Source: Chitinophagales bacterium (lineage in GTDB: Bacteria > Bacteroidota > Bacteroidia > Chitinophagales > Saprospiraceae). Taken from it: a stretch of DNA of 64,000 bases. The notes under the pieces are model-generated. The model was given only the letters and a program-made list of their open reading frames with translations, made no database searches and had not been told where the DNA came from. The position numbers and the translations under genes are program-made. Below, in pieces: positions 18,321 to 28,737 of the stretch (the first letter of the stretch is position 1; each line of letters begins with the position of its first letter). The DNA lies in contig JBBQJT010000009.1 in assembly GCA_038326165.1 (NCBI GenBank), positions 12,639 through 76,638 on the forward strand, read 5' to 3'.

Positions 18321-19723
18321 TCCAGATTACGCAATGGAAATAAAAGCTTAATTTATGTGGTCATAATCCTAATGCGTAGCATTAGAAAAAACAATGATAT
18401 GGAATTTGATATAAGCTATACCAATAAAGAGATTACGCCTTGGGGTGGAATGATTTTTTTGAAGCAAATGCTGCAAAAAATGGGCTTTAGGTCTTTCATT
18501 GAATCCAATTCAGATTTACCCAAACCAGAATCAAACAGAGGTTATAAAACATCAATTATAATTGAGAGTTTTATAACCAGCATTTGGTGCGGAGCCAATA
18601 GATGTATGCATACTGAAGTTACTCGCCATGATATGGCATTAGGAAAGATTTTGATTGGGAAGAAACACCTGCACAAGACACTTACAAAAGGTTTTTTTCA
18701 AAATTCACTCTAGCCATAAACCAAAAAGTAAGCGACCAATACTATTCATGGATTTTCGATAATTTCAAATTCGACAATTTCACTTTAGATGTTGATTCCT
18801 CAGTAATGACCAGATATGGCCAGCAAGACGGAGCAAAGAAAGGCTATAATCCAGCCAAAAGAGGTCGTGCTTCGCATCATCCATTAATAGCATTTATTGT
18901 AGATGTAAAGCTTGTTGCCAATATGTGGCTGCGCAGTGGAAACACATCTTCTTCCAATAATTTTTTGGCTTTTTTAGAAGACACTTTATCAAAGCTAAAA
19001 AACAAAACGGTGAGTTTAATTCGTTTGGACAGTGGTTTTTTCAATAGTGATATTTTAGAATATTTGGAAGTAAAGCCAATGGATTATATCATTGCCGTTA
19101 AGTTTACGCATCCATTCCAAAGACTAATTGACGAAAGTAAAAACTGGTTAGTTTTAGATAAAGGAATTGAAATTTGTGAGCAACTGTATCAAAGCCAATC
19201 ATGGCTAAAGCCAAGAAGGATAGTCATTGTAAGACAACGAATAAAAGACAGACCACAAGCCCCTAGCAAGCAATTAAGCCTTTTTATGGAAGAAGAAATT
19301 TACAAAAATTATCGTTATTCAGCCTACGTAACCAGCATAAGATTAGCTCCTGCCGAAATATGGAGACTATACAGAGGCAGAGCCGAAGCAGAGAATAGAA
19401 TTAAAGAATTGAAGTATGATTTTGGCTTTGACAGTTTTAATCTCAAAGACTTTTATGCGACCGAAGCTGCTTTGAAATGCGCAATGCGAGCATATAACTT
19501 AATGGCTTTATTCAGGACGTTTGTACTGCAGGAAAAAACACAAAAAACCTTATCAACACTTCGATACAGAGCGTTTGCTATAGGCGCATACTTTGAAAAA
19601 GCAAACAACAAATTGGTCCTGAAAATAGCGCTCAACAGAAAACGTAGAGCGTGGTTCTCGGGATTGTGGAATCATTCAAAGGCGTTTGAATATCCTTTAG
19701 TTTTTTCTAATGCGTAATCTGGG
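18321..19723 (+). mobile_element. IS1380-family insertion sequence (~1.4 kb)
   Basis: Imperfect terminal inverted repeats: tCCAGATTACGCAatggaaataa at 18321-18343, against the reverse complement of 19701-19723, cCCAGATTACGCAttagaaaaaa (19 of 23 match, CC ends). Flanking ATAAA (18316-18320) and TTAAA (19724-19728) look like an imperfect 5-bp target duplication. It encodes an ISEcp1-like DDE transposase. Confidence 0.85.
18372..19717 (+). pseudogene. IS1380-family DDE transposase with a 1-nt frame disruption in a T-run
   Basis: Frame 3 gives ...HDMALGKI, then frame 2 gives FDWEETPAQDTYKRFFSKF...LDVDSSVMTRYGQQDGAKKGYNPAKRGRASHHPL...LIRLDSGFF...YRGRAEAENRIKELKYDFG. The switch sits at TTTT 18649-18652; one extra T would restore ...GKIFDWEE.... 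The stop codon lies inside the right IR. Confidence 0.8.
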
Positions 19724-19799
19724 TTAAAAGAACAGTTGTAGGATTGGTATTATCAAAACAAAACTTTTTAAACAAAAGCTAGAAGGGTGCTGCTACTAT

Positions 19800-20011
19800 C
19801 CGCTTTTGAATCGTACCACGCAAAATGCTAATGGATTTTGTGCTAAAGGTTTTCGCGTCTCCGGAGTTGAAAACCGTTTTTTCTGGCAAAATCTTTGGTG
19901 GGTTTTGTGAAGTTATAGGTGGTGCGTCAAAATTATTTTTGGTAAAAGTTCTAGGATTTGTTTGAAAATCGGCTGACTGACAAAATGTTTTGCGTTACTT
20001 TGATTCATCAT
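19800..20011 (-). pseudogene. Remnant of a second transposase N-terminus (DUF4372-type IS4-family-like)
   Basis: The minus-strand short ORF 19913-20011 encodes MMNQSNAKHFVSQPIFKQILELLPKIILTHHL. This resembles the conserved 'HFxGQPIxxQLLxxIPK' N-terminus I remember for Bacteroidota IS4-family transposases. Downstream frames are broken (stops, then ...RFCQKKRFST...) and there is no DDE domain. Confidence 0.35.
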
Positions 20012-20328
20012 TTTTGGTTTTATTTTTGCAAACCAAAAACACAACAATGACGGGAAGCTGGATCTGCCGCCCTCCTTTATAACTTTAGTCGGTTAGAAGT
20101 TACTAACTATAAACATTGCTGATATCAAATTACAAATGCAACTTTTTGGTCAAACAATAGACCATTCATTTCAAAGATTGGCGAATTATACATAAGCCCT
20201 TTTCTTGGTCTCTGTGATACCCATATGTTTGTTCTTGAGTGCCAGAAACGATGCAATCAAAAAAATAGTTTTGATGTGACCTTGTGGAATTTCCCCATTT
20301 TTTGCGTCTATGTATAAAATGAAGGTTT

Positions 20329-21024
20329 ATGACATACAGCGCAACACAATCCATTAAATTTTGGGCGGAGGAAGATCGACCAAGAGAAAAGATGCTCAAC
20401 AAAGGAAAAAATGCTTTGTCCAATGCTGAATTGATTGCCATCCTATTGGGTTCTGGTTCTCGCAATGAGAGTGCCGTGTCTTTGGCACAGAGGATCCTGG
20501 CCTCCATTGGGAATGATTTAAACGAATTGGGAAAGATTGACCTAAAATTCTTGACTGTCTTCAAAGGAATGGGTGAGGCTAAGTCGCTTAATTTACTGGC
20601 CGCATTGGAATTGGGAAGACGAAGGAAAGATTCTATAGTTGCGGCTAAGCCTGTTATCAACTCCAGCCAATCTGCATTTGAATATTTATTCCCCGTTATG
20701 GCTGACCTGCCGACGGAGGAATTCTGGATAATTCTCCTGAGTCAGAGCAACAAGGTCATCAATATGATTCAAATAAGCACAGGAGGAATAGCTGGAACCA
20801 TTGCGGATCCAAGAATTATTCTGCGTGAAGCGCTACAATACCGTGCTGTTGGCCTTATACTTTGCCACAATCACCCATCTGGAAATCTGAAACCAAGTGA
20901 AATGGATATTCGTCTGACTATTAAGATCAAATCCGCTTGCGAACTACTTGATGTTAGATTACAAGATCATTTGATCGTTGGAGATAAGTCTTACTATTCA
21001 TTTGCCGACGAAGGACAATTGTAG
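20329..21024 (+). CDS. radC: RadC-family JAB/MPN-domain protein (UPF0758)
   Basis: N-terminal HhH-like region (PREKMLNKGKNALSNAELIAILLGSG). JAMM motif LCHNHPSGNLKPSEMD. Confidence 0.9.
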   Translation: MTYSATQSIKFWAEEDRPREKMLNKGKNALSNAELIAILLGSGSRNESAVSLAQRILASIGNDLNELGKIDLKFLTVFKGMGEAKSLNLLAALELGRRRKDSIVAAKPVINSSQSAFEYLFPVMADLPTEEFWIILLSQSNKVINMIQISTGGIAGTIADPRIILREALQYRAVGLILCHNHPSGNLKPSEMDIRLTIKIKSACELLDVRLQDHLIVGDKSYYSFADEGQL

Positions 21025-21085
21025 CAACAATTGCAAAAAGCTTTAAGACTTTTCAAGTCATTATAACTCGGAAAGTCTGGTAACT

Positions 21086-24000
21086 TTAAACTTTCTCAAT
21101 CTGCAAGTTAATATTGACCCCTTCAAAAAGTTCTAGCTCTTCACCCACTGCAGATTCTGAAAAAATTAATTCATTTGCAAGGGTTTCAGAGTTTACATAA
21201 TCTATGTATTCTGACAAATAGTGTCGAATATTCTGATCTGCAAATATCTGAATACGAATGCGATCGGTAACAGATAGTTCCATAGCTTTTCTCACATTCT
21301 GGATTCTGTTGATCACTTCTCTTGCCGTCCCCTCAGCCAAAAGCTCATCAGTTAAACCAATATCTAAGGCAACTGACAATCCTCGATCTGTTGCAACTTG
21401 CCACCCTGGAATATCTTCGTAACTTATTTCAACATCTTCCAATGTGATAACATAGTTGGTGCCATCCAGTGACAGAGCCAATTCACCACCCTTTTCAAGT
21501 TTTGCAATATCCTCTTTGGCCAACAGTGGAATTTGATCGGCTGCGGCCTTCATGTCTTTGCCCAATCTTCTTCCCAATGTTTTGAAATTGGCCTTGACTT
21601 TTTTACTAATCAGTCCGTCTGTATCTTCAACGAATTCGATTGATTTGATGTTCACCTCGGATTTAATCAAATCGCTCACTGAATTGATTTGAGCAGCAAA
21701 TTCATCATCAATGATTGGCAACAATATTTTATGCAATGGCTGCCTCACTCTGATCATTTCCTTCTTCCGTATTGACAGCACCAATGAACTGATCCGCTGT
21801 GCATAATCCATTCTTTGTTCCAATAATTGGTCGATCAAAGAACTATTGGATACAGGAAACTGAGCCAAATGAACTGACTCAAAAGGTTCTAACTTGCTTG
21901 TGTCGTTGAGTTGTTTGTAGAGCCATTCTGCAAAAAACGGTGCGATTGGTGCCATTAATTTGGAAACTGTTATCATGCATTCATACAAGGTATGGTAAGC
22001 ACTTAACTTATCAGTACTGATTTCTCCTTTCCAAAATCTTCTGCGGCTCAATCTGACAAACCAATTGCTCAGGTGTTCGTCAACAAATTCCTGTATCGCT
22101 CTTCCTGCGTTGGTAGGCTCATAATCAGCAAAGCTACTGTGCACACTATTGGTTAATGTATGTAGTTTGCTCAATATCCACTTATCGATATCCGGACGTT
22201 CTGCATAATCAGGAACATCGCTCTTTCCATCAAACGAATCAACGTTGGCATACAAAGCAAAGAATGAATAGGTATTGTATAATGTTCCAAAAAATTTTCG
22301 GCGAACTTCATCAATGCCCTCCAGGTCGAACTTCAAATTGTCCCATGGCTGTGCATTCGTAATCATATACCATCGCGTAGCATCGGCACCATATTTATCA
22401 ATGGTTTGAAACGGTTCGACTGTATTTCCGAGTCTCTTCGACATTTTACGGCCAAACTTATCTTGAACCAAGCCATTTGAAACTACATTCTTGTAAGCGA
22501 TACTATCAAAAGCCATAACAGCTATAGCGTGTAGCGTGAAAAACCAGCCTCGAGTTTGGTCTACTCCTTCCGCAATAAAATCAGCTGGAAAATTGGCTTG
22601 AAATTTTTCATGATTCTCAAACGGATAGTGCCACTGTGCATAAGGCATAGATCCACTATCGAACCACACATCAATCAAATCGGTTTCTCTAAACATAGAT
22701 TCTCCTGAATCTGTTACCAATATTAAACTGTCTATAAATGGTCGGTGAAGATCATCCGGCACAATTTGATTCAAACCAAGCACTTGATTTGCTTTTTGAA
22801 TTTCTTGGCTCAGTTGTTCAATGGATCCAATACATATTTCGGCTACATTGTCCTTTGTTCTCCAAATTGGCAAGGGAATTCCCCAAAAACGAGACCGAGA
22901 TAAATTCCAATCTTGAAGGTTCTCCAACCAGTTGGCAAATCGGCCTTGTCCAGTACTTGCAGGTTTCCAATTGATTGTTTTGTTCAATTCAATCATTCGG
23001 TCTTTTACCGCGGTAGTTTTAATGAACCAACTATCCAGCGGGTAATACAACACCGGTTTGTCAGTTCTCCAACAATGTGGATAATTGTGAACGAACTTCT
23101 GAATATTGAAAGCTTTTCCTTCCTGCTTTAATTTGACAGCAATATCTACATCTACCGAAACATAATTGGGGTCATCTACATAATCCTTCACATACCTTCC
23201 GGCAAATTCACCAACTTCTTTGGTAAATCTACCTTGCTTATCTACTAAGGTCAATGAACCAATACCATTGGTACGAGCCACACGCATATCATCAGCGCCA
23301 AAAGACGGCGCGGTATGAACAACTCCAGTTCCATCTTCCGTAGTTACAAAATCTCCCAACAATATTCTAAACGCTTCACCGTCCTCAGGAATGGCATAAG
23401 GAAGTAACTGCTCATAAGCCATGCCTTCAAGTTGTTTCCCTTGAAATGCTTCAGAGCGTGAAATTTCTTCTGCTTTCTTTGGACCAAACCAGTTGTTGAC
23501 CAAATCCTCAGCGATGATTACACTGATGGGATCCTTTAAATATGGATTTGTGGTCTTAATTTTTACGTATTTGATCTTGCCTCCTACAGTCAAGGCCGTG
23601 TTAGAAGGTAGCGTCCAAGGCGTGGTCGTCCATGCAAGTACCTTGACATCTTCATTCGGATCATCAAAAAGAAACTGAGATTTGTCGTTAAGAACGAGCT
23701 TAAACATTGCCACCATTGAAGTATCAGTTACTTCACGGTAAGCTCCAGGTTGATTCAGTTCGTGTGTGCTAAGACCAGTTCCAGCAGCTGGAGAATATGG
23801 CTGGATAGAATAACCCTTATAGAGTAAATTCTTATTGTACAATATGCTCAACAAGTTCCAAACTGATTCAATATACTCGTTTTCGAAGGTGATATAAGGA
23901 TTTTCTAGATCTACCCAGTATCCCATTTTTCGGGTGATACTGTCCCAGTCATTTTTAAAACGCATGACCATTTCACGACACTTCTTATTGTACTCTTCTA

Positions 24001-24334
24001 TACTGATGGAAGAGCCAATATCCTCTTTGGTAATGCCTAATTCTTTTTCTACACTCAATTCAATGGGCAGTCCATGCGTGTCCCAGCCACCTTTTCGGTC
24101 AACTCTTTGTCCCAACATTGAGTGGTACCTGCAGAACAAATCTTTTACCGTTCTTGACATCACATGGTGAATACCAGGAAGGCCGTTGGCACTTGGAGGC
24201 CCCTCATAAAATACATAAGGATCCTTTGCATCTTTTTGATTGATGCTCTTATTGAAAATATCATTAGATTCCCAAAACGCTAAAATATCTTTATCTATTC
24301 CAGGCAAATCTAATCCTTTGTGTTCCTTGTACAT
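21086..24334 (-). CDS. ileS: Isoleucine-tRNA ligase (long, type-2 form)
   Basis: HIGH-type motif PSANGLPGIHH. KMSKS motif KMSKRLGN. Editing (CP1) domain and long C-terminal extension. 1082 aa. Confidence 0.95.
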   Translation of the reverse strand: MYKEHKGLDLPGIDKDILAFWESNDIFNKSINQKDAKDPYVFYEGPPSANGLPGIHHVMSRTVKDLFCRYHSMLGQRVDRKGGWDTHGLPIELSVEKELGITKEDIGSSISIEEYNKKCREMVMRFKNDWDSITRKMGYWVDLENPYITFENEYIESVWNLLSILYNKNLLYKGYSIQPYSPAAGTGLSTHELNQPGAYREVTDTSMVAMFKLVLNDKSQFLFDDPNEDVKVLAWTTTPWTLPSNTALTVGGKIKYVKIKTTNPYLKDPISVIIAEDLVNNWFGPKKAEEISRSEAFQGKQLEGMAYEQLLPYAIPEDGEAFRILLGDFVTTEDGTGVVHTAPSFGADDMRVARTNGIGSLTLVDKQGRFTKEVGEFAGRYVKDYVDDPNYVSVDVDIAVKLKQEGKAFNIQKFVHNYPHCWRTDKPVLYYPLDSWFIKTTAVKDRMIELNKTINWKPASTGQGRFANWLENLQDWNLSRSRFWGIPLPIWRTKDNVAEICIGSIEQLSQEIQKANQVLGLNQIVPDDLHRPFIDSLILVTDSGESMFRETDLIDVWFDSGSMPYAQWHYPFENHEKFQANFPADFIAEGVDQTRGWFFTLHAIAVMAFDSIAYKNVVSNGLVQDKFGRKMSKRLGNTVEPFQTIDKYGADATRWYMITNAQPWDNLKFDLEGIDEVRRKFFGTLYNTYSFFALYANVDSFDGKSDVPDYAERPDIDKWILSKLHTLTNSVHSSFADYEPTNAGRAIQEFVDEHLSNWFVRLSRRRFWKGEISTDKLSAYHTLYECMITVSKLMAPIAPFFAEWLYKQLNDTSKLEPFESVHLAQFPVSNSSLIDQLLEQRMDYAQRISSLVLSIRKKEMIRVRQPLHKILLPIIDDEFAAQINSVSDLIKSEVNIKSIEFVEDTDGLISKKVKANFKTLGRRLGKDMKAAADQIPLLAKEDIAKLEKGGELALSLDGTNYVITLEDVEISYEDIPGWQVATDRGLSVALDIGLTDELLAEGTAREVINRIQNVRKAMELSVTDRIRIQIFADQNIRHYLSEYIDYVNSETLANELIFSESAVGEELELFEGVNINLQIEKV

Positions 24335-24357
24335 GCTTTGAATCTTAAAATGAAGCG

Positions 24358-24365
24358 CAAATTTA
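24358..24365 (-). promoter_or_regulatory. Bacteroidota-type -7 promoter box (TAAATTTG) for ileS
   Basis: The minus strand reads cgTAAATTTGcgcttcattttaagattcaaagcATG. The TAnnTTTG motif ends 23 nt before the ileS start. Confidence 0.4.
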
Positions 24366-24475
24366 CGATTGAAACGATACCAATCATTAGCAGTTGCACA
24401 TTACAGCTGTTTTATTCCCGTTTTCTGAGATTTTTTAGTGCATTTGTACTATCTTCGGTATATAAATTATCAGCA

Positions 24476-25882
24476 ATGCAATTAAAATTTTGTGGTGCGG
24501 CAGGTCATGTAACAGGTAGCGCGCATTTGATAACACTTGAAGATGGCTTTACTATTCTTTTGGATTGTGGTTTGTATCAAGGAAGTGGAGAGGATATGGC
24601 CAATTTTAATTTGAAATGGATGTTCAATCCTGCAGACATTAATTGTTTGGTTTTGTCCCATGCGCACATTGACCATTGCGGAAAAATACCCAAATTGGTT
24701 AAAGATGGTTTTCGTGGAATTATTTATAGCACCCCTGCCACGCGTGACATTACAAGTATAATGCTCATGGATTCTGCCAAAATACAACATTCAGACGCGG
24801 AGTTTTATAATAAAAGAAAGAGAAAAGCAAATAAAGATTTCAAGGAATTGAGGCAGCCCTTATATGATAGTGAAGATGTAAGAATGACCATGTCATTATT
24901 CGTAAGTATGCCTTACCATCATGATTTCAAAGTTCATCCAGATGTTCTGGTAAAATTCAGGGATGCTGGACACATTCTGGGAAGTGCCAATGTCCACCTA
25001 ACTGTAAGCGAATCAGGACAAATAACCCGCCTTGGATTCACTGGTGATATTGGTAGGCCCTTACGCCCTATATTAAATGATCCGGAACCTATGGACGCTT
25101 GTGATTACTTAATAGCTGAATCAACGTATGGAGATAGAGTTCATAAAGCCGCGCCGGCTGAGACTCAAGACCTTATTAGAGTTATTAAAGAAACATGTGT
25201 AGAACGCAGAGGCAAAGTCATCATTCCGGCCTTTAGTTTGGGCCGAACTCAAGAGATTTTATACATTCTGGACCAACTGTACAACGAGGGAAAATTGCCA
25301 AAAGTACCCGTTTATATGGATAGTCCACTTGCCATTAATGCCACAGAAATATTTCGCATTCACCCTGAATGCTTTGATAAAGAGTTGTCGGAATACATGT
25401 TAGTTGATGAAAATCCATTTGGATTCAATACGCTGAGTTACATGAGATCAGTAGAAATGTCAAAGTCCTTAAATCTGGATGATGAGCCTTGCATCATAAT
25501 TAGTGCATCCGGTATGGCAAATGCTGGGCGAATAAGACATCATATCTACAACAATATTGAAAACCCTAAAAACACAATTTTGTTTGTCGGTTATTGTTCA
25601 CCTGGTACACTTGGAGGAATATTGAAATCCGGAGTTCCAGAAGTGAAATTGTATGGGGAAATCAAACAGGTCCGCGCAAAAATTGAAATATTGGAATCCT
25701 TTAGTGCGCATGGAGATAAGAATGAAATGTTGGATTTTATGAAAAATCAAATACCTAATTTAAAAACCATGTTTCTTGTACACGGTGAACCAATTCCACA
25801 AAAATCTTACAAAGAGTTTCTTCTAAACGCTGGATTTAAAAACATCCAAATTCCTTCCTTGGGAGAGTCAGTTACACTTTAA
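24476..25882 (+). CDS. MBL-fold beta-CASP family hydrolase (RNA-metabolising metallo-beta-lactamase)
   Basis: The likely start is ATG 24476 (MQLKFCGAAGHVTGS); the listed 24320 start would overlap the ileS start. HAHIDHCG (HxHxDH) motif. The C-terminal beta-CASP/RNA-specificity region ends in ...FLVHGEP. Confidence 0.85.
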   Translation: MQLKFCGAAGHVTGSAHLITLEDGFTILLDCGLYQGSGEDMANFNLKWMFNPADINCLVLSHAHIDHCGKIPKLVKDGFRGIIYSTPATRDITSIMLMDSAKIQHSDAEFYNKRKRKANKDFKELRQPLYDSEDVRMTMSLFVSMPYHHDFKVHPDVLVKFRDAGHILGSANVHLTVSESGQITRLGFTGDIGRPLRPILNDPEPMDACDYLIAESTYGDRVHKAAPAETQDLIRVIKETCVERRGKVIIPAFSLGRTQEILYILDQLYNEGKLPKVPVYMDSPLAINATEIFRIHPECFDKELSEYMLVDENPFGFNTLSYMRSVEMSKSLNLDDEPCIIISASGMANAGRIRHHIYNNIENPKNTILFVGYCSPGTLGGILKSGVPEVKLYGEIKQVRAKIEILESFSAHGDKNEMLDFMKNQIPNLKTMFLVHGEPIPQKSYKEFLLNAGFKNIQIPSLGESVTL

Positions 25883-25891
25883 AAATTTAAT

Positions 25892-27400
25892 ATGAAATAT
25901 CAAATCTTATTCTTTTTCTTCTCACTTTTATTGTTCAGTTGTAACAAAGACTTAGATAATCTTGACGTTCAAAGCGATGCAGAATTTGCTTTTCCTCTAT
26001 TTTATGGCAAACTTGACTTGGAGGACATCATACAAAGAACTGCAGATAGTTCTTCCCTGAAGATTGATGAAAACGGCAATATGACCTTTATTTATTCGGG
26101 TGACCTTGTGTCAAGGACCAGTAAAGAAATTTACAGCCAGATCCCTCCAATTCCTGCATTGTTGACCGATACTTTTTATTCCGTTCCTGTTAAATTTGCC
26201 AATAATATTAAGCTCCGAAAAGCTAAATTAACCACAGGTAATCTTTCATTTCTGTTTAAAAGTTATCATGCTCAGGATGTTACATTGACCATTACCATTC
26301 CTGAACTTCAGAAAAATGGGAAGGCTTATGTTTTGAAACGTTTTGTCAATTATAACGGCACAGTTCCCGTAAATGAAACCTTGCTCATCAATGATATTGC
26401 AGGATGGACTATAGACACTCCAAAAGATACATTGAATATCCGTTACGAAGCCATTAAGGCTGATGGCAATCGTGATACCTTGTCCGAATTTGGAATGTTG
26501 GCTACCAATTTGCAATTTTCTTATGTAGAAGGGTTCTTTGGATACGAAGTTTTTCCAATAAAACGAGATACGATTGAACTTGAAATTTATAAAAACCTCT
26601 TAGGTGGTGAAGTAAACTTTGAGGATCCCAAAGTAACTGTTACTGTACGAAGTTCCTTTGGTTTTCCTACCAGGTCCCAAGTTGTAGTTGCACAATTTAG
26701 AGGAAAAAATGGACAACTGTTTGATTTGGAAAGCCCCTTTGTTACCAATGGATTTGACTTTGAATACCCGGACATCAACAGCGTAGGAACAACGGTAATT
26801 ACTCCGTTCAAATTCAATAAATTAAACAGCAACATAGGTGATATTATCAACGCAAACCCCATTTATTTGGACTATCAAATCAATGCAATTGCCAACCCTG
26901 ACAGCAATACAGATATTATTGGCTTCATGACCGACAGTAGTTTCTTTGTAGTGAATGTTGCGGTAGAATTACCAATGGTTGGTAGAGCAAAAAACTTCAC
27001 AATAACGGATGAATTTCAAGTGGATTTTGGGAAATTGGAGGACTTCAAAGATCCTGTCTTCAAATTGATAACAGAAAGTTCGATGCCCATAGATTTAGAC
27101 CTTCAATTGTATTTTATAGGAAGTGATGGAAACACGTTGGATTCCTTATTCAATGATACAAAACCTGTCGTAAAGGCCGCTCCAATTGACGCTTTAGGCA
27201 ACAGTATCGGTAAAACGAAATTTGAACAATACATACCGATATCAACAGAACAATTAAGCAGAATACAAAATACTAAAAAAATTCTTGTTGCTGGATCAAT
27301 ATCTACCTCCAATAAAGGACTTACACCAGTAACCATAAAGGCTAACCAAGGAATTGAAGTCAAAATGGGAGTAGTAACCAAGCTTAAATCTAAACTATAA
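25892..27400 (+). CDS. Lipoprotein of unknown function
   Basis: 502 aa. Lipobox LLLFSCNKD. Beta-rich composition. No motif I recognise. There are 10 nt to the next gene. Confidence 0.7.
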   Translation: MKYQILFFFFSLLLFSCNKDLDNLDVQSDAEFAFPLFYGKLDLEDIIQRTADSSSLKIDENGNMTFIYSGDLVSRTSKEIYSQIPPIPALLTDTFYSVPVKFANNIKLRKAKLTTGNLSFLFKSYHAQDVTLTITIPELQKNGKAYVLKRFVNYNGTVPVNETLLINDIAGWTIDTPKDTLNIRYEAIKADGNRDTLSEFGMLATNLQFSYVEGFFGYEVFPIKRDTIELEIYKNLLGGEVNFEDPKVTVTVRSSFGFPTRSQVVVAQFRGKNGQLFDLESPFVTNGFDFEYPDINSVGTTVITPFKFNKLNSNIGDIINANPIYLDYQINAIANPDSNTDIIGFMTDSSFFVVNVAVELPMVGRAKNFTITDEFQVDFGKLEDFKDPVFKLITESSMPIDLDLQLYFIGSDGNTLDSLFNDTKPVVKAAPIDALGNSIGKTKFEQYIPISTEQLSRIQNTKKILVAGSISTSNKGLTPVTIKANQGIEVKMGVVTKLKSKL

Positions 27401-27410
27401 TTACCATTTC

Positions 27411-28712
27411 ATGAAAATTACTCTTTCAGCTATACTCTTGACTTGCTTCCTGATGGGCAATGCACAAGCTCCTTTTTATCAGGTTAATTCTGGACTTAAT
27501 GCAGTCGGAAATTCTATGATTTCAGATATTTTGCCAGAAAAGAAAATCACTTTGATAACGGGGCATTATAACTTAAGTGCTTATCATTCGGCTTTTTCCT
27601 ATGGCGATTTTATAAAAAGCGAAAATAATTCAGCGCTGGAAATTGATGCAAAAAATGCCTTTTCACAGCTTGATGCCAACAATGATTTGTGGTTGGACAC
27701 TGAGTTCAAAACCTTGGGAATAGGATTTAGATTGGGTAAACTGGGTGTGGGATTTCAGCATAGTCTAACCGCATTTAATGTTCTTAACTATCCAAAAGAT
27801 CTCTTTGGATTGCTGTTCCTTGGTAATAGTCAATACATTGATAAGGAAGTCCAGATAGGACCTCAATTTACAGGAATGGCCTACAATAGCTTTGGATTTG
27901 GGCTGGGATATGATTTCGGCAAACTCAAACTGACTGGACGTTTCAATTGGTTAAGTGCTGCAGCTGGTGCACAAACCAAAAATAATGACGTATTGCTCTA
28001 TACCAATCCAGAATTCTATCAACTAAGGTTGACTACCAATTATGAATTGAACTCAAGCAATTTGATCAATCCAGATAGCCTCGGTGAATCAAACTTCATA
28101 TCCAGATTGAGTTTTGATGGTCTTTTTAAAAGTAATACTGGATACAGCCTAGATTTTGCAGCCAATTACAATCTGAATAGCAAAACGAGTATTGGAGGTT
28201 CTATTCGTGGCTTGGGTCAAATCAATTTCAACACGAACGCTAAAAATTATCGCTCCAACAAAATTATTAATTATGATGGCATTGACATTGGTAATTTTAT
28301 CACTGGAGATTCTTTGAGCTTGGCAAGCACCATCGATTCATTGGGTGATCTGTTAAAGTTTGATGAGAGCAATCGGAATTTCTCTATTCGCCTGCCTTTT
28401 CATGCAAATTTCCATGCACAATATGCCATCAGCAGTAAACTAATAGGGATGGCAGGCATGCAATATTCCTCAATTAATGATGCTTCATTCACATCCTTTA
28501 CTGCTGGAATTAGTTTTCAACCTATCAAAGCGATACGCTTGGCTACTAACTATACCTATATACCTTCGGCCCCTGCCAACATAGGGCTGCATTGTAGCTT
28601 CAGATTTTGGCTCATTGAATTGGCTGGTGGCACTGATAATGTTTTGGCTGGATTTGATCCAAAGTCAACAAAATATGGGACGGGATATCTAGGATTGCGT
28701 TGGATTTTGTAA
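27411..28712 (+). CDS. Probable outer-membrane beta-barrel protein of unknown function
   Basis: 433 aa. Signal peptide ending NAQA. Alternating amphipathic beta-strand pattern rich in G/Y/F/N. The C-terminal GYLGLRWIL is aromatic/hydrophobic, as in OMPs. Confidence 0.6.
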   Translation: MKITLSAILLTCFLMGNAQAPFYQVNSGLNAVGNSMISDILPEKKITLITGHYNLSAYHSAFSYGDFIKSENNSALEIDAKNAFSQLDANNDLWLDTEFKTLGIGFRLGKLGVGFQHSLTAFNVLNYPKDLFGLLFLGNSQYIDKEVQIGPQFTGMAYNSFGFGLGYDFGKLKLTGRFNWLSAAAGAQTKNNDVLLYTNPEFYQLRLTTNYELNSSNLINPDSLGESNFISRLSFDGLFKSNTGYSLDFAANYNLNSKTSIGGSIRGLGQINFNTNAKNYRSNKIINYDGIDIGNFITGDSLSLASTIDSLGDLLKFDESNRNFSIRLPFHANFHAQYAISSKLIGMAGMQYSSINDASFTSFTAGISFQPIKAIRLATNYTYIPSAPANIGLHCSFRFWLIELAGGTDNVLAGFDPKSTKYGTGYLGLRWIL

Positions 28713-28737
28713 CTTTATAAAAAAATAAACTTTTGCG

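Noticed and set aside
20011-20039. Perfect 10-bp A/T hairpin TTTTTGGTTT-N9-AAACCAAAAA, considered as a functional element (IS end or terminator)
   Set aside because: It is made almost entirely of A/T pairs, sits at the start of the degraded transposase remnant, and has no matching partner repeat elsewhere in the window. It is too weak to call.
20166-20660. 164-aa minus-strand ORF
   Set aside because: It lies mostly antisense to the well-supported radC gene and has no recognisable motifs. It is a shadow ORF.
24320-24475. N-terminal extension of the beta-CASP hydrolase ORF (listed start 24320)
   Set aside because: It would overlap the ileS start and promoter, and it encodes non-conserved-looking sequence. 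Family members start at the MQLKFCGAAG-type motif (ATG 24476).
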